Shown here: positions 11,323 through 21,654 of the stretch, in pieces
How the letters are laid out: each line of letters starts with the position of its first letter
How positions within the stretch are numbered: position 1 is the stretch's first letter
Origin: Cyanophora paradoxa CCMP329
Taxonomy: Eukaryota > Plantae > Glaucophyta
Direction of reading: 5' to 3'
Length of the DNA: 64,000 nucleotides
Assembly: GCA_004431415.1 (NCBI GenBank)
Contig: QPMI01000651.1
Span: forward strand, 1-64,000
Made by a program: the position numbers and the translations under genes
Notes under the pieces: generated by a model
What the model was told of the DNA's origin: nothing
The model's input: only the letters and a program-made list of their open reading frames with translations
Databases searched by the model: none

Positions 11323-12723
11323 CTATTTCCTCTGCCCTCTTCGTAGATTGAATCGAGTTTGGGGTGCAGTATATGTTTCTTTGGTGGTTGAAAAGTCATT
11401 ATACCACCTCTGACTGTTGACTTCTGATAATTTCTGGGTTCCTGCTATGGTCAACTTCTTTAATTCTTTCTCTACTCTACCCTTCTTTTGTGCTCTTGCT
11501 TCTGTGAGGGGTTCTTTTGGTATTTCACTTGCTTTTTCTATGCCCTCCTTTCTGATTGCTGAATCAACCCTGGCTTCCTCCTTTGCCTGTTCAAGAGCAT
11601 CCACTGTGGGAGTTTCATGATACTCAACACCTTTAATGGGCAGCAGTTCATGAAAAGCGAATCTACCATCAACTATCTCACCACTGGGACTTCTGATTCT
11701 GAACTTGAAGCCCTCTCTGCCCTCCACACTATAAACAATTCGAGACCAATTAACCCCTTGCTTTGCAAATGGATTCTTTTCAACTTTCACTCTCACAAAC
11801 ATTCCAGGTTTCAGGGCATCAAGATACTCAATCGATTTCTTGAATCTCTGATCCTCCATATTCACTATCTCTTTGTAGTGGGCTTCTGTGGTCTCTGCTG
11901 GTTTTCTCTTGGTTGCAGAGTGAATGGTATTATTATAATTATACTCAATATCACCCAACACATCAAAAAATCGTGCAGTATTATTTGCAATGCAGTAGTT
12001 TGTGATCAATCTCTTGATCTGTCTGTTAAAGGCTTCAATTCGACCTTGGGTTCTGTGATCTGCAACATCACTTAGTTGATGCTCAATGAATTTTGTTCCC
12101 AAATAATCTGTGAACAACACATTGGTAAATTCGCTTCCACTGTCACTCTGAATGCGAACAATTGGTCTGGGGACTCTCTGTTCAAGTTGCTTGAATGCTG
12201 CAAGTGTAGTAAGAGCACTCTTGTCTCTCATTGGAATTATGAACCCTGTTCTCAGGGTTGACTCCATTGCACTCATAAATGTATCATAACCATCATTCTG
12301 CTTTTTGTATGCAGGAAAGAAGAGCAGATCAATCACATAGGTATCAAGGGGTTGCCTTATTGGAATCATGGGATCTCTCTTTCGAGATAGGGTGGGTGCA
12401 TTAATCTGGACGACCTCCTGCTTATCATACCACTCTCTCATCTTCTTGTAGTTCTCCTCTGGTAGTTCCTGTCTCATTGCAGTAAATCCCTTGTAGCCTG
12501 TCCTGGGATCATAGAACTTCTTAGCAATCTTCGACTCTTTTGGTGCTGTCTCAGCTGGGAGGGTCTCTGGGATTAATTGCTTGACCATCTCTGATCTTTT
12601 CAATATTCGACTGCTCTTCTCCTCCACTGGAACTGTGATGGGCAGGATATTCCCTCGATCTTCAATTGCCTCTTTTCTTACAATTCTGGGTGGTTGTCTC
12701 AATCCTATTTGTGTAGAAGGCAT
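11323..12723 (-). CDS. Polinton-type retroviral-like (rve, DDE) integrase
   Basis: YVIDLLF (D), IQSDSGSEF (D), GRIEAFNRQIK (E), YNNTIHSAT, NWSRIVY. Start taken at MPSTQ by comparison with element 2. Confidence 0.93.
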   Translation of the reverse strand: MPSTQIGLRQPPRIVRKEAIEDRGNILPITVPVEEKSSRILKRSEMVKQLIPETLPAETAPKESKIAKKFYDPRTGYKGFTAMRQELPEENYKKMREWYDKQEVVQINAPTLSRKRDPMIPIRQPLDTYVIDLLFFPAYKKQNDGYDTFMSAMESTLRTGFIIPMRDKSALTTLAAFKQLEQRVPRPIVRIQSDSGSEFTNVLFTDYLGTKFIEHQLSDVADHRTQGRIEAFNRQIKRLITNYCIANNTARFFDVLGDIEYNYNNTIHSATKRKPAETTEAHYKEIVNMEDQRFKKSIEYLDALKPGMFVRVKVEKNPFAKQGVNWSRIVYSVEGREGFKFRIRSPSGEIVDGRFAFHELLPIKGVEYHETPTVDALEQAKEEARVDSAIRKEGIEKASEIPKEPLTEARAQKKGRVEKELKKLTIAGTQKLSEVNSQRWYNDFSTTKETYTAPQTRFNLRRGQRK

Positions 12724-12906
12724 CTTTACCTTATCTCTCATATAATAAATGCAAGAGTCTGTGTGGAAGGAGAACACAATTCCAAACTACTTTGCAATTG
12801 AGCCCAATGATCCAGGATTAAGATGTATATGGCTGCTGCATTTAATTCGCGGTTTATTACTTCTTGGAGAGCGAAACCAAAGAAAAAGAAAGATTGATGA
12901 AGTAGA

Positions 12907-15900
12907 TTAGAGCCCAAATGGAATGCTGTGAATTCCATCGTCTAATATCTTCCTTTTGCTATCGAGTTGGTTTAGAGCCACCCTTCTGCTCTCCAAATCA
13001 TATAGGTTGTGGTCTTGCCTTCGCTTGTTTACTACTGCTACTGTTTTGGTGATGCCTTCAAACAGGCATCTCTTGAAATCATCAAAGTGAACCTCTTTGG
13101 AGGAAGTCCCAGACATCTTTATTTTATCAAAGGTCTCAGTTCTGAAAGCATAGAGTTTCGATCTCAGACCTACATACTCCACAATCTTTGCATTTGGAAA
13201 CTCGTTTTTATATTTACCTGGAATCAAACGATTGCTCCTATCAAAGAGAGGGTGGGTGGGATCATAATTACTGCAATCCAGGTGTCCAGCAATTCGCTTC
13301 ATCTCATTATTTAGATCATTGGTATGCAGCAGGAGACAGAAAGAATCTGTATCATGGAATAGTAGCTCTGCTGTTTCCCAAGTTCTCCTCACCACATCAT
13401 AAAAGAACCTGCTATTGTGGAGTTTCGCGAAATCCAGCACAAAAGCACCAATTGCAACAGGTTTATCTAAGTGAACATGCTTGGAATACATCTCAAAGGC
13501 AACAGCATTTTCGTTTAATACATTGGTTGCCTTGATGAGTGGACTTGCAGCATATTTCTTGCAAAGTTTCTCACTGTTTGCAATCTTTACCACAGAGCGA
13601 CCCCTGCATGATTCGAGGCATTTACCATAGATTGCATTGTTCATTAATTTAAAGAAGTCACTCTCGAATCTGGACATAGATTGGCGCCTCAGTTTCGTAT
13701 TTAGATCAATATAACTCTTCATGAATGCAGAGGTTGCAAATGAGAGAACCCTGTGAACCTTCGTGATTATAATACCTTTGCTCACAAGATAGATCAAGAG
13801 AGGTTGGGAAATCACATAGTTATTTTTGGGTGAGAATGTTGCAGTGAGTTTGGGGTCTTTGCTTATCTTCTCACCTGTGATATCCAGTAACTTTCTTTGA
13901 TACCCACCCAGCATTTCGGTGGTGACATGTTCTTTATTAACTACAAGTGGAAAATCGTAATGATCTGTGAGAGTTTGTGGGTATTCCAGGTCAACTTCAA
14001 TAAAGGCACTTCGTCCTTGGGTCTCTTTAAGTGCCTCTGAGACATCTTCCCATCGAAAATCTCCAATGGGCAGTTCTTGACTGAGAGCAAAACCATACAG
14101 ATTATTTGCATCCAAGAGAACTATATGGTCATCTGGGTTTTCCACCTTTGCATATCGAGTAGGCATTGTAGCAAACCCACCTCGAATTGCTCTCTCAATG
14201 AATTCGTATTGCCCTACATCACTGATCTGCTCGATCTTTGCTCTGGTATAAATGAGCATTGCATCCCAGGATAATCCAGGAGCCGAAACATAGTGGGCAG
14301 GATCCAATCCATATTGGGAAAACGCCAATTCTCGGAAAGTCTGGAATTTACTCATAAGATCACCAGAATCCACTGCCTGGAAGTCCATGAAGTGCGAAGC
14401 ATCTATGAATTTCCACATGCCCCATTGCAGGGAGAGGTATTGATCGAAATTCTTGCTCAGGATCTCAACACGAAGTTTATCATCTTGCTGTGCAATTTTG
14501 CGGAATATTTCGTGTCCACATTCATCCATGTGATCCACCACTATTGCAACCTTGGTTTGTTTCGAGATTCTCCTGTGGAGATTGCAGTTTCTGCATGCTT
14601 TCCCAATAAATGCTCCTGATTGATGACAATGGTCTCTCACTGGGAAATTCTCATGGGTAAATCGTTCAGCACAGATATAACAGTGTTTAGTAATCTTGTA
14701 TTGTGCTTTCTGCTCCTCTGTGAGTGGGTGCATTGGAATATTGGTGAATAGAGTGCGGATTACTTGGGGTCTGATCTCTGTGAGAGTGGTAAACAGAGCA
14801 CCAAGTGGATCTGATCCCTCGAAATAATGAGAGATCACCTCATCCCCCATCACAACTGTTAGAGAAACCGATTTAACCTCTCTCTTACTGCGGTTCTCAT
14901 CAATTGGAACCGAGTGACTGTCCATTTTCACATAGCAGATAGTGGGAAGCCACACAGTTTTGCGAAGGTGTTGAAGCCCAAATGCAATGTGACTTCCAGA
15001 TTTCGGACATTTACCTTTGCTTTCCCTCCAATCAATGCAGCGATTGGCTTCTAAGTGAATGTCCAGCTTCTCCTGAGTTCTGAAACGAGACAGGCAGGTC
15101 TCACAATAATAAATGCGACCATCATGGGCTTTATCAAAGGTGGTTTTCAGGAGTCGACTCAGAGACATAATGGTGATATAATGTCCTCTATCATCCTCTT
15201 CGTTTTCGATTAATAAAAGGTTAATCTTGGTCTTTCTCCTCGGGTTGCTGGATTGATGGAGAGGATAGAAACACTGTGCTTGATTATCTGCACCATAAAT
15301 GTTGATACTCAGTTCAGGGTTCTGCTCCTCAAATCGATCAATGATTTCTGCATCACAGGCAACTGGAAACTGGATGCCTTCGAAATTGAGTTCGTTTAAC
15401 CATCTTCTATACTGGCTGGGTTCATTGCTCTTGTGTTTATTGATGTCCTTTCGGTGCAGGTAAGCCAAGATTGCATACTTGAAGCAGTCTTGACCATCAA
15501 TATTCTTGACATTCACAGTTGCTCTCTTTAATCCAATCCACTCAGGTGTTGAGAAGAAGCAACCACCCACAGGAGCATAAGACATTATAACCACTCTCAG
15601 CATCTCGATGCGATCCAGTCTGTAACTGTCCACCTGCATCATCTGTTCCTGCATTGCTTGAAGTGCATTTCGCAGTTCAACATCAATATTTCGAGATCTT
15701 GTGATGACAAAGTAATCACTATAAATGAACTTGGTGATCCACACCCTTGGATCACTCACTTTGGTGAACTTACAAATGAAGGTCAACCGAGTCTTAATTG
15801 CTCTCAGGTCTTGGAGTTTCTGTCTGAGTCTCTGAGGTAGAGTGGGTGCAATTCTCTCCAAGAATTCAATCCCATCTTGGATAACCTCCCCTCTTGCTCG

Positions 15901-16188
15901 ATAGGTTAACCAAGAGTATGCTTTGTTCATTGCTTCCCCATCTTCAATCTCGGGTTCAATTGTTCCCAACCTTAAACCTTCATCCCTGAATTCCTCCATC
16001 TTCTCAAAACGATCATAGAGGCGATTAGTAATTTCTGTGAGTTGAGATAATCTTGGTCTCCTATCCAGGATTGCTGCCTGGCGATCATATTCGAATTCTG
16101 TAATATCACCAGTAACTAAAAGGGTTCCTAAAAGACCGAGTATTTCGTTTTTCTTTTCTTTGATGATTCTATTTGATTGGCGGGGCAT
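12907..16188 (-). CDS. Protein-primed family B DNA polymerase (Polinton type) with degenerate 3'-5' exonuclease
   Basis: Pol motifs DANNLYG, KLMNNAIYGK, DTDS, GLRSKLY. N-terminal DCFKY...GHY (vOTU-like dyad); CYIC...RDHCHQSG...CRNCNL zinc insert. Confidence 0.95.
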   Translation of the reverse strand: MPRQSNRIIKEKKNEILGLLGTLLVTGDITEFEYDRQAAILDRRPRLSQLTEITNRLYDRFEKMEEFRDEGLRLGTIEPEIEDGEAMNKAYSWLTYRARGEVIQDGIEFLERIAPTLPQRLRQKLQDLRAIKTRLTFICKFTKVSDPRVWITKFIYSDYFVITRSRNIDVELRNALQAMQEQMMQVDSYRLDRIEMLRVVIMSYAPVGGCFFSTPEWIGLKRATVNVKNIDGQDCFKYAILAYLHRKDINKHKSNEPSQYRRWLNELNFEGIQFPVACDAEIIDRFEEQNPELSINIYGADNQAQCFYPLHQSSNPRRKTKINLLLIENEEDDRGHYITIMSLSRLLKTTFDKAHDGRIYYCETCLSRFRTQEKLDIHLEANRCIDWRESKGKCPKSGSHIAFGLQHLRKTVWLPTICYVKMDSHSVPIDENRSKREVKSVSLTVVMGDEVISHYFEGSDPLGALFTTLTEIRPQVIRTLFTNIPMHPLTEEQKAQYKITKHCYICAERFTHENFPVRDHCHQSGAFIGKACRNCNLHRRISKQTKVAIVVDHMDECGHEIFRKIAQQDDKLRVEILSKNFDQYLSLQWGMWKFIDASHFMDFQAVDSGDLMSKFQTFRELAFSQYGLDPAHYVSAPGLSWDAMLIYTRAKIEQISDVGQYEFIERAIRGGFATMPTRYAKVENPDDHIVLLDANNLYGFALSQELPIGDFRWEDVSEALKETQGRSAFIEVDLEYPQTLTDHYDFPLVVNKEHVTTEMLGGYQRKLLDITGEKISKDPKLTATFSPKNNYVISQPLLIYLVSKGIIITKVHRVLSFATSAFMKSYIDLNTKLRRQSMSRFESDFFKLMNNAIYGKCLESCRGRSVVKIANSEKLCKKYAASPLIKATNVLNENAVAFEMYSKHVHLDKPVAIGAFVLDFAKLHNSRFFYDVVRRTWETAELLFHDTDSFCLLLHTNDLNNEMKRIAGHLDCSNYDPTHPLFDRSNRLIPGKYKNEFPNAKIVEYVGLRSKLYAFRTETFDKIKMSGTSSKEVHFDDFKRCLFEGITKTVAVVNKRRQDHNLYDLESRRVALNQLDSKRKILDDGIHSIPFGL

Positions 16189-16244
16189 CTTTTACTTTAA
16201 GGGAACATATTATTTTTGGGCGTTTTAAACGCATTTCGCATTTT

Positions 16245-16436
16245 TCAGGTTCTGATAATTCGCACATTCGTGCCTTTGGGGACATATACATTCACTGTGT
16301 CGAGTCTGCTTGCATAAACACGCTTCTTTTGATAGGTTCTACCATAACCTGCTCTGATCTTTGCAATATAATCCGCCACCTCTGCAATATCATTCTTTTC
16401 GACAAGCTGCTGCCGAATTTCATCAAAATAATCCAT
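16245..16436 (-). CDS. Small hypothetical protein (63 aa)
   Basis: ORF upstream of polB on the same strand, preceded by AAAATTGA. Confidence 0.55.
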   Translation of the reverse strand: MDYFDEIRQQLVEKNDIAEVADYIAKIRAGYGRTYQKKRVYASRLDTVNVYVPKGTNVRIIRT

Positions 16437-16484
16437 TTTCTGTCTTAGTCAAGTGAAATACGCAACGATCCCTTAAATCGCCAG

Positions 16485-16492
16485 TCAATTTT
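16485..16492 (-). promoter_or_regulatory. AAAATTGA, Mimiviridae-type early promoter motif
   Basis: Exact motif 48 nt upstream of ATG 16436. Confidence 0.55.
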
Positions 16493-16580
16493 TGTCACAA
16501 CACAACGATTTTCGATACGTTTTTATATTGTCCGATTAAGAATCGAAACAGTCATCGACCCACAGGGGGGAGTCTGTGGT

Positions 16581-16730
16581 TAATTGGGTGTGACGCCTGT
16601 GACGCCTGTGACGCCTGTGACACCTGTTTTCAGAGGTTTGTAGATTTTTGAAATTTTAAAAAGTTTGAAAATAGGCGTCACAGGCGTCACAGGCGTCACA
16701 CTCAATTAAAAAGGTGTCACAGCTGTCACA
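16581..16730. repeat. Inverted iteron-like array (TGTGACRCC x4, 49-bp AT-rich core, GGCGTCACA x3 plus 2 more); candidate replication origin
   Basis: Directly visible, 70 bp downstream of the primase-helicase stop codon. Confidence 0.85.
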
Positions 16731-16799
16731 CAAACCATTTACAGTAAGGTTTTTAAAAAATAAGAAATTCAATCAGTATTAGAATCGATTCTGTTTTGT

Positions 16800-19163
16800 T
16801 TACTCATCCCCACCTTCAACATCACTGTCATCCACCAACTTGCGACTATGCTTCTTTTTGATCCCAAAGTAGCCACGAGCAAGAACACCATTGACTCGCT
16901 TTCTCTCAGCCTTCACATTAAAGACTTCGCGAAGTCTCTTCAAGATAGTGCATTCTGTGATTTTCTCATCAGATTTGCCCATGTGATCCATCTTAAAGTG
17001 ACTGATAATGGACTCACTTGTGGCGAAATCCCCTTGACTCTTGGTGAGTTCATAACTCTCACGAATCCATTCTCCAATCTTGTCATTCTCATTGAAATAT
17101 TCAACACCTTGATCAACAATGGACTGGGGTGGTTTGGTGACGAATTCATTGAGAGAATGGGTTCTCCACATTTCCAGGAGAATGGACATATGCGCCATTT
17201 TATAATCGTCATCATTCTTCATTAGGCGCATGAGAGTGGTGTCTGCTTTCTTCTCACCAGGCTGAGGATCGACCTTGAAGACATTTTCGAATCGGTAGTA
17301 GATAATTCGCCTTTGAATTGCTGCATCTGGTTTACTGATTCCCAAGTTGTCATTTGTGGACAAGAACAACTGGAACATGGGAATGAATGTAACAAGATCT
17401 TTGAAAAGAGCTCGAACCTTCATCTCATTCCCACCAGTAACCTGTTTGATTTTGTTCAGTTGAAGCATATCACCATCTTCTGCTTCATTACTGAAAACAA
17501 TTCGTTTACCAAGAATGCAAGCGAGTTCTGGGGAAGCCTCTGACGAACTCTTCTTGGGTTTAGTCCAATATGTCATGTCCAGTGACCCATAATACTCACC
17601 AAATGTGTCTTTCACCAACTCTTGGAGCAGTGATTTCCCATTTGCTCCAATTCCAGTCCAGCAAGTGTATCTCTGATTTTCTGTCAAACCACTCAGGGCA
17701 TAGGCAATTAATCCCATCATAAATTCGCGGTTTTCATCAGATTCGATAATATCTGCATAGATGGATTTAATCTTCGCAACTTTCTCTTGGTCAATTTCTG
17801 TGGTGTAATCGTAGCCAACAGTCTTACTCACCATATCATCTGGGAGTCCCTGTCGAAAAGTCATGGAGTTCAGGTCAAACACACCATTTGTAAATCCAAT
17901 GATGTTGGGAACAGTATCAAGTCTCTCGAAAAAGGTCTTGTCACTGAACAGAACTGAAAGATCAGACATAAGTGCAGTTCTGTATGTAGTCTGTTTGAGG
18001 CTCTTAGCAATTCCCAGCAGAATCTTTGACCTTTCCTCCAAGGAATTGCGGTTCTCTTCATCACGAAGTGCTCTCTGTGCGAGTTGAACAGAACGTTGAA
18101 GATAAACTGGACAGACCTTGCAGCTCAAACAGAGAAAGATTCGCTTCCCAGTTTCATCCATCTCCCAAATCCCACATACATCATTGAACTTGAACCAGGT
18201 CTTGTTGGAATACTTGTATTTGTCTTGCAGAACAAGATAGGCAACCTGTGCGACATCATAATGGGCACCATCAGATCCAGCAGACCGATCAATCAGATTT
18301 TCGATCTTCACATCTGTCTCTTCCTTCACACGAACTGTGATGCTTCGCTTTTTGCAGTTTGCACTGTAACTCGAAACAATATATTTGTCCTTCTCCTTCC
18401 CTTGAACAATATACCAATTGTTCGAGTCATGGCTTCCCTTGCAGCAGGGACAGATCAGACCTTTGTTCTCAGCAGTGAAATTGTATCCCATCTTGGTCTC
18501 ATTGATGATTGTGGGCAAGATGAAACCGAATTCTTCCAGTTTAGAAAGAATATGTTTCTGCAAATTCTCCTCAGCGCACCTCTCAAAATAAGAATGTGCA
18601 CCTTTGGGGAATTCGTAGTTGTCAACAATCCACTTTTGCAACTCAGCAGTAGGTTCATTTAACTCACACTCAGATGCCCATGGCTCTCTGATCCATGTTT
18701 TGTTGGGACTGGGACAAATATTAATTACCCCAGCAGTCCCAGTGGATGCAATCGTTTTGCAGTCGATCTTGGGGTTTCCTTTGAATGCACCTGCTTTATC
18801 CCAGATCTTAATGGTGTCGAATTCAGCAGGTCGAGCGAAATAAGCATGATATCCTTTTTTGGTTTTAGCAAGTGGATTAACACCACCGAAATCATCAGGG
18901 AATTGCTCCTCGAATTTGGCGAAATCCTCCTCTTGGTCGAAGTCAATAACCATGATATTACGAGCAAGAATGCCCCAAGCAGTATATTTACCGGATTTCA
19001 GGGCTTCATCGAATTTATCCCAAGTCCAGGATCCGTCTTTATGAGCGAAAAGCGGTCTCTTGGTATCAGGATCAACAGGAATTACGAGATTCTCAGACAG
19101 GACATCGTCTTCACGAAGCCAGTCAACAAGGCGTTTCAGGGATTTCTTGGCGGCAGCGTTCAT
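16800..19163 (-). CDS. Bifunctional Prim-Pol-type primase, Zn finger and D5-like SF3 helicase
   Basis: VIPV...KRPL, WGIL...VIDFD, KTKKGYHAYF; CPCC..H..N; IGFTNGVFDL; Walker A GIGANGKS; IKQVTGG; DAAIQRR. Confidence 0.92.
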   Translation of the reverse strand: MNAAAKKSLKRLVDWLREDDVLSENLVIPVDPDTKRPLFAHKDGSWTWDKFDEALKSGKYTAWGILARNIMVIDFDQEEDFAKFEEQFPDDFGGVNPLAKTKKGYHAYFARPAEFDTIKIWDKAGAFKGNPKIDCKTIASTGTAGVINICPSPNKTWIREPWASECELNEPTAELQKWIVDNYEFPKGAHSYFERCAEENLQKHILSKLEEFGFILPTIINETKMGYNFTAENKGLICPCCKGSHDSNNWYIVQGKEKDKYIVSSYSANCKKRSITVRVKEETDVKIENLIDRSAGSDGAHYDVAQVAYLVLQDKYKYSNKTWFKFNDVCGIWEMDETGKRIFLCLSCKVCPVYLQRSVQLAQRALRDEENRNSLEERSKILLGIAKSLKQTTYRTALMSDLSVLFSDKTFFERLDTVPNIIGFTNGVFDLNSMTFRQGLPDDMVSKTVGYDYTTEIDQEKVAKIKSIYADIIESDENREFMMGLIAYALSGLTENQRYTCWTGIGANGKSLLQELVKDTFGEYYGSLDMTYWTKPKKSSSEASPELACILGKRIVFSNEAEDGDMLQLNKIKQVTGGNEMKVRALFKDLVTFIPMFQLFLSTNDNLGISKPDAAIQRRIIYYRFENVFKVDPQPGEKKADTTLMRLMKNDDDYKMAHMSILLEMWRTHSLNEFVTKPPQSIVDQGVEYFNENDKIGEWIRESYELTKSQGDFATSESIISHFKMDHMGKSDEKITECTILKRLREVFNVKAERKRVNGVLARGYFGIKKKHSRKLVDDSDVEGGDE

Positions 19164-19357
19164 TTCGAAAATCGGGGGCTTCTTATCCTTAATGGAGAAA
19201 TTAATTTCTCCGGATCCTTGTCATTTTTTGGCGCCTAACCTTTAAATACCTTTGGGTTCTCCGATTGGCGCTCGATGTATGGTAATGATCCATCGAAAAG
19301 TCGATTGATCATGGTAACAAAAAGGATTCAGCGGATATCTGGGACTTTGGGGGCGGT

Positions 19358-19585
19358 TCAGTATTTTCTGGGACGACCTACTGGGCGTTTGACTGGATTA
19401 TTGGGATCCATCTCAGCAGCTTTCCTGCGATAATATCGTTCCAGTGCCTTTTTACGATATAATTCACGAAATTCCTCATCTTGATAACGTTTCTGGAAAT
19501 ACAAGCGGTCATACAACCTTTTCCTCTCATTGGGATCCATTTCGCTCATTGCAAGTTCGAATTCGACCACAGATTCAGTTTCCAT
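19358..19585 (-). CDS. Small basic protein with C-terminal AT-hook
   Basis: RYQDEEFRE...YYRRK...KRPVGRPRKY; paralogues at 46058-46288 and 51290-51481. Confidence 0.75.
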   Translation of the reverse strand: METESVVEFELAMSEMDPNERKRLYDRLYFQKRYQDEEFRELYRKKALERYYRRKAAEMDPNNPVKRPVGRPRKY

Positions 19586-19786
19586 TTGATATGTTCCTTA
19601 TATTTGGACGAGAAAATAATTTGTCCGGGTTCACCAATCAAACACACCTTACCCTTAAATCCCTTGTCATTTTTTGCAGATCGAGACCAGTTCCTGTCTA
19701 CGCTTTTTTATTGCGTCTTCTGTTGCATATTCAGCGGATTTCCTTTCAAGGATAGCATAGATCTCAGAGAGACTGAGCATTCGATA

Positions 19787-20020
19787 TTAATTACCGAGAT
19801 TTAATTTCGGATCTGTGAAAGATACAGAGCGTCGCCTCACTGTCTCTGTTTTAATATGCTCCTCGAAATCCACCGAGTCTGTGGATAATCGCCTACCGCC
19901 AGATCCATGACTTTCAGTGTCAGAGAATTCGATTTCGACTTTTGTATCACAGCAACCACTGTGACAATTGCTCACAATGTGGAGATTAAACATTTCAATG
20001 ATTTTTCGCAAGAAATCCAT
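19787..20020 (-). CDS. Small Cys-cluster protein (SNCHSGCCDT)
   Basis: Orthologue at 46314-46580 (SNYKCSCCDT). Confidence 0.7.
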   Translation of the reverse strand: MDFLRKIIEMFNLHIVSNCHSGCCDTKVEIEFSDTESHGSGGRRLSTDSVDFEEHIKTETVRRRSVSFTDPKLNLGN

Positions 20021-20047
20021 GATGCTCTCTCTCTTAAAGCGAGATAA

Positions 20048-20782
20048 TTATAGCCAAACTCGTCGTTTATATACTGTTGGGGCAACACCTTTATCGACCT
20101 CTGATTTGGTAGCACCAGGTTCAATGGTTCCCTTCTGGGTTTTGGTCTTCATCTCATCAACTGCCTGCTCATCAATTTGAGTCTCTTTTTTACCAATGAA
20201 CTGCTTATCTGGAAGACCAGTGATTCCCATTCTATACACCTCCTTTCGCAGCATCTCCTTTAATTTCGCTCTCTCTTTCTTCTCAGAGACATACTGTTCA
20301 AGTGCACTCGATTTCGCTTCCAGATCTTTAAGTTTCGCAGTCATTTCGTCCCATTGGGCTTTGGGAATTCGGTGGATGTTTTGAGTTGGTGCTGTCTTGT
20401 AGGTCACCTCACCAGCCATGGATTGAATTACCTTGTCTGATTCTTTGGAGACACCTTCACCTTTGCGAGCCAGTGAGAGATCTTGGAGACCCAGTCCTTT
20501 GTCATCAGCAGCACCAATAATTCGACGAGCACCTTCACCAACTGCCTTCATCTTAGAGGTTTCGGGCGAAATATTGAGTTGATCACTGGTGGATGTCTGG
20601 GGCGCTTTATCATCTGGTGATTCTTCGTAAGCAGCATTGAGGGGATCTTCTTGTTGCTGTGATGCTTTAACTTCATTGACACCATTGAATTTCATGGGCT
20701 CTGTGTTAATAGAACCGGTTCCAGAGGATGCAGAATATGACATAGCACCAGCAGGAACACCAACTTTGCGTTTGGAAGGCAT
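20048..20782 (-). CDS. Conserved 244-aa protein in the capsid module (possible core protein)
   Basis: Highly similar orthologue of identical length at 45295-46029. Confidence 0.85.
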   Translation of the reverse strand: MPSKRKVGVPAGAMSYSASSGTGSINTEPMKFNGVNEVKASQQQEDPLNAAYEESPDDKAPQTSTSDQLNISPETSKMKAVGEGARRIIGAADDKGLGLQDLSLARKGEGVSKESDKVIQSMAGEVTYKTAPTQNIHRIPKAQWDEMTAKLKDLEAKSSALEQYVSEKKERAKLKEMLRKEVYRMGITGLPDKQFIGKKETQIDEQAVDEMKTKTQKGTIEPGATKSEVDKGVAPTVYKRRVWL

Positions 20783-20833
20783 TGTATATTTATTAGAAGC
20801 AGAGATTATTTTATAAACCTCTCTTATATCGCA

Positions 20834-21592
20834 TCAGTTTATTCGAATGAACACCACTCTTGACCTCTTTGGGGCTTCCTCTTTCTGTGGAGGTGGTAAT
20901 TCGTCCTCTTTCTTTTTGGGCTTCCTGTGGAACCGAGGAAACTTAAAGTCTTTAACGAGTTCCGCTTTATCAACGTAGTATTCCACCGAATAATTCGCAG
21001 AACTCCAAATGAGAAACTGATAGGAGTGAACGTATTCCTCAAACATCTTATAGAAAGCGTCTTTATCCCGCATGATATTGTATTCTTCTTCAATGGCTTC
21101 CAGTTCTTTGCGATTGGCGGCACTGAGGAACATTGCATAATCCGAATTGACGCGAATGGTTGAAGAAACCTTACGCAGTTTCTGAGTTATGCAGAAAATT
21201 GTAATCGCCGAGTGGCGGCCGCGCGAATACAGAGATCCAATAATTTTATCACGGGTAAGGTCTACAATCTCATTGTCTATAAGATCATCGAGAACAACAC
21301 ATAATTGATTAACGGGTTCTCCTTTCTCAATTTTCTCTTGTCTTTCATCGAGAAGTTTAGCGATGTAAGGCGCATCCCATTTACCGAGCTGTAATGTTGC
21401 GACATCATCCCAAAAATGATTGAATGATGTCCCACTTATAACAAGAACAACATCTAACTTTTTCGCATCGTGAAGTTGTTTTAGCCAATATTTTACGGCT
21501 TCTGACTTGCCCGTCGCGCTTTTTCCGATTGCTAATACGCGAAAAGGGGGTTTAATCATCTCAGCAGCATTAAATTCGGGAACGTCAGACAT
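20834..21592 (-). CDS. A32/FtsK-HerA genome-packaging ATPase
   Basis: Walker A GKSATGKS, Walker B VVLDD, SRGRH arginine motif, ITQ, IRVNSDY. Confidence 0.95.
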   Translation of the reverse strand: MSDVPEFNAAEMIKPPFRVLAIGKSATGKSEAVKYWLKQLHDAKKLDVVLVISGTSFNHFWDDVATLQLGKWDAPYIAKLLDERQEKIEKGEPVNQLCVVLDDLIDNEIVDLTRDKIIGSLYSRGRHSAITIFCITQKLRKVSSTIRVNSDYAMFLSAANRKELEAIEEEYNIMRDKDAFYKMFEEYVHSYQFLIWSSANYSVEYYVDKAELVKDFKFPRFHRKPKKKEDELPPPQKEEAPKRSRVVFIRIN

Positions 21593-21654
21593 GGCTTTGT
21601 AGATCTTTCTTATTAAAGATAGATAAAAATAACGAAACGTTACTGATAATGGTT

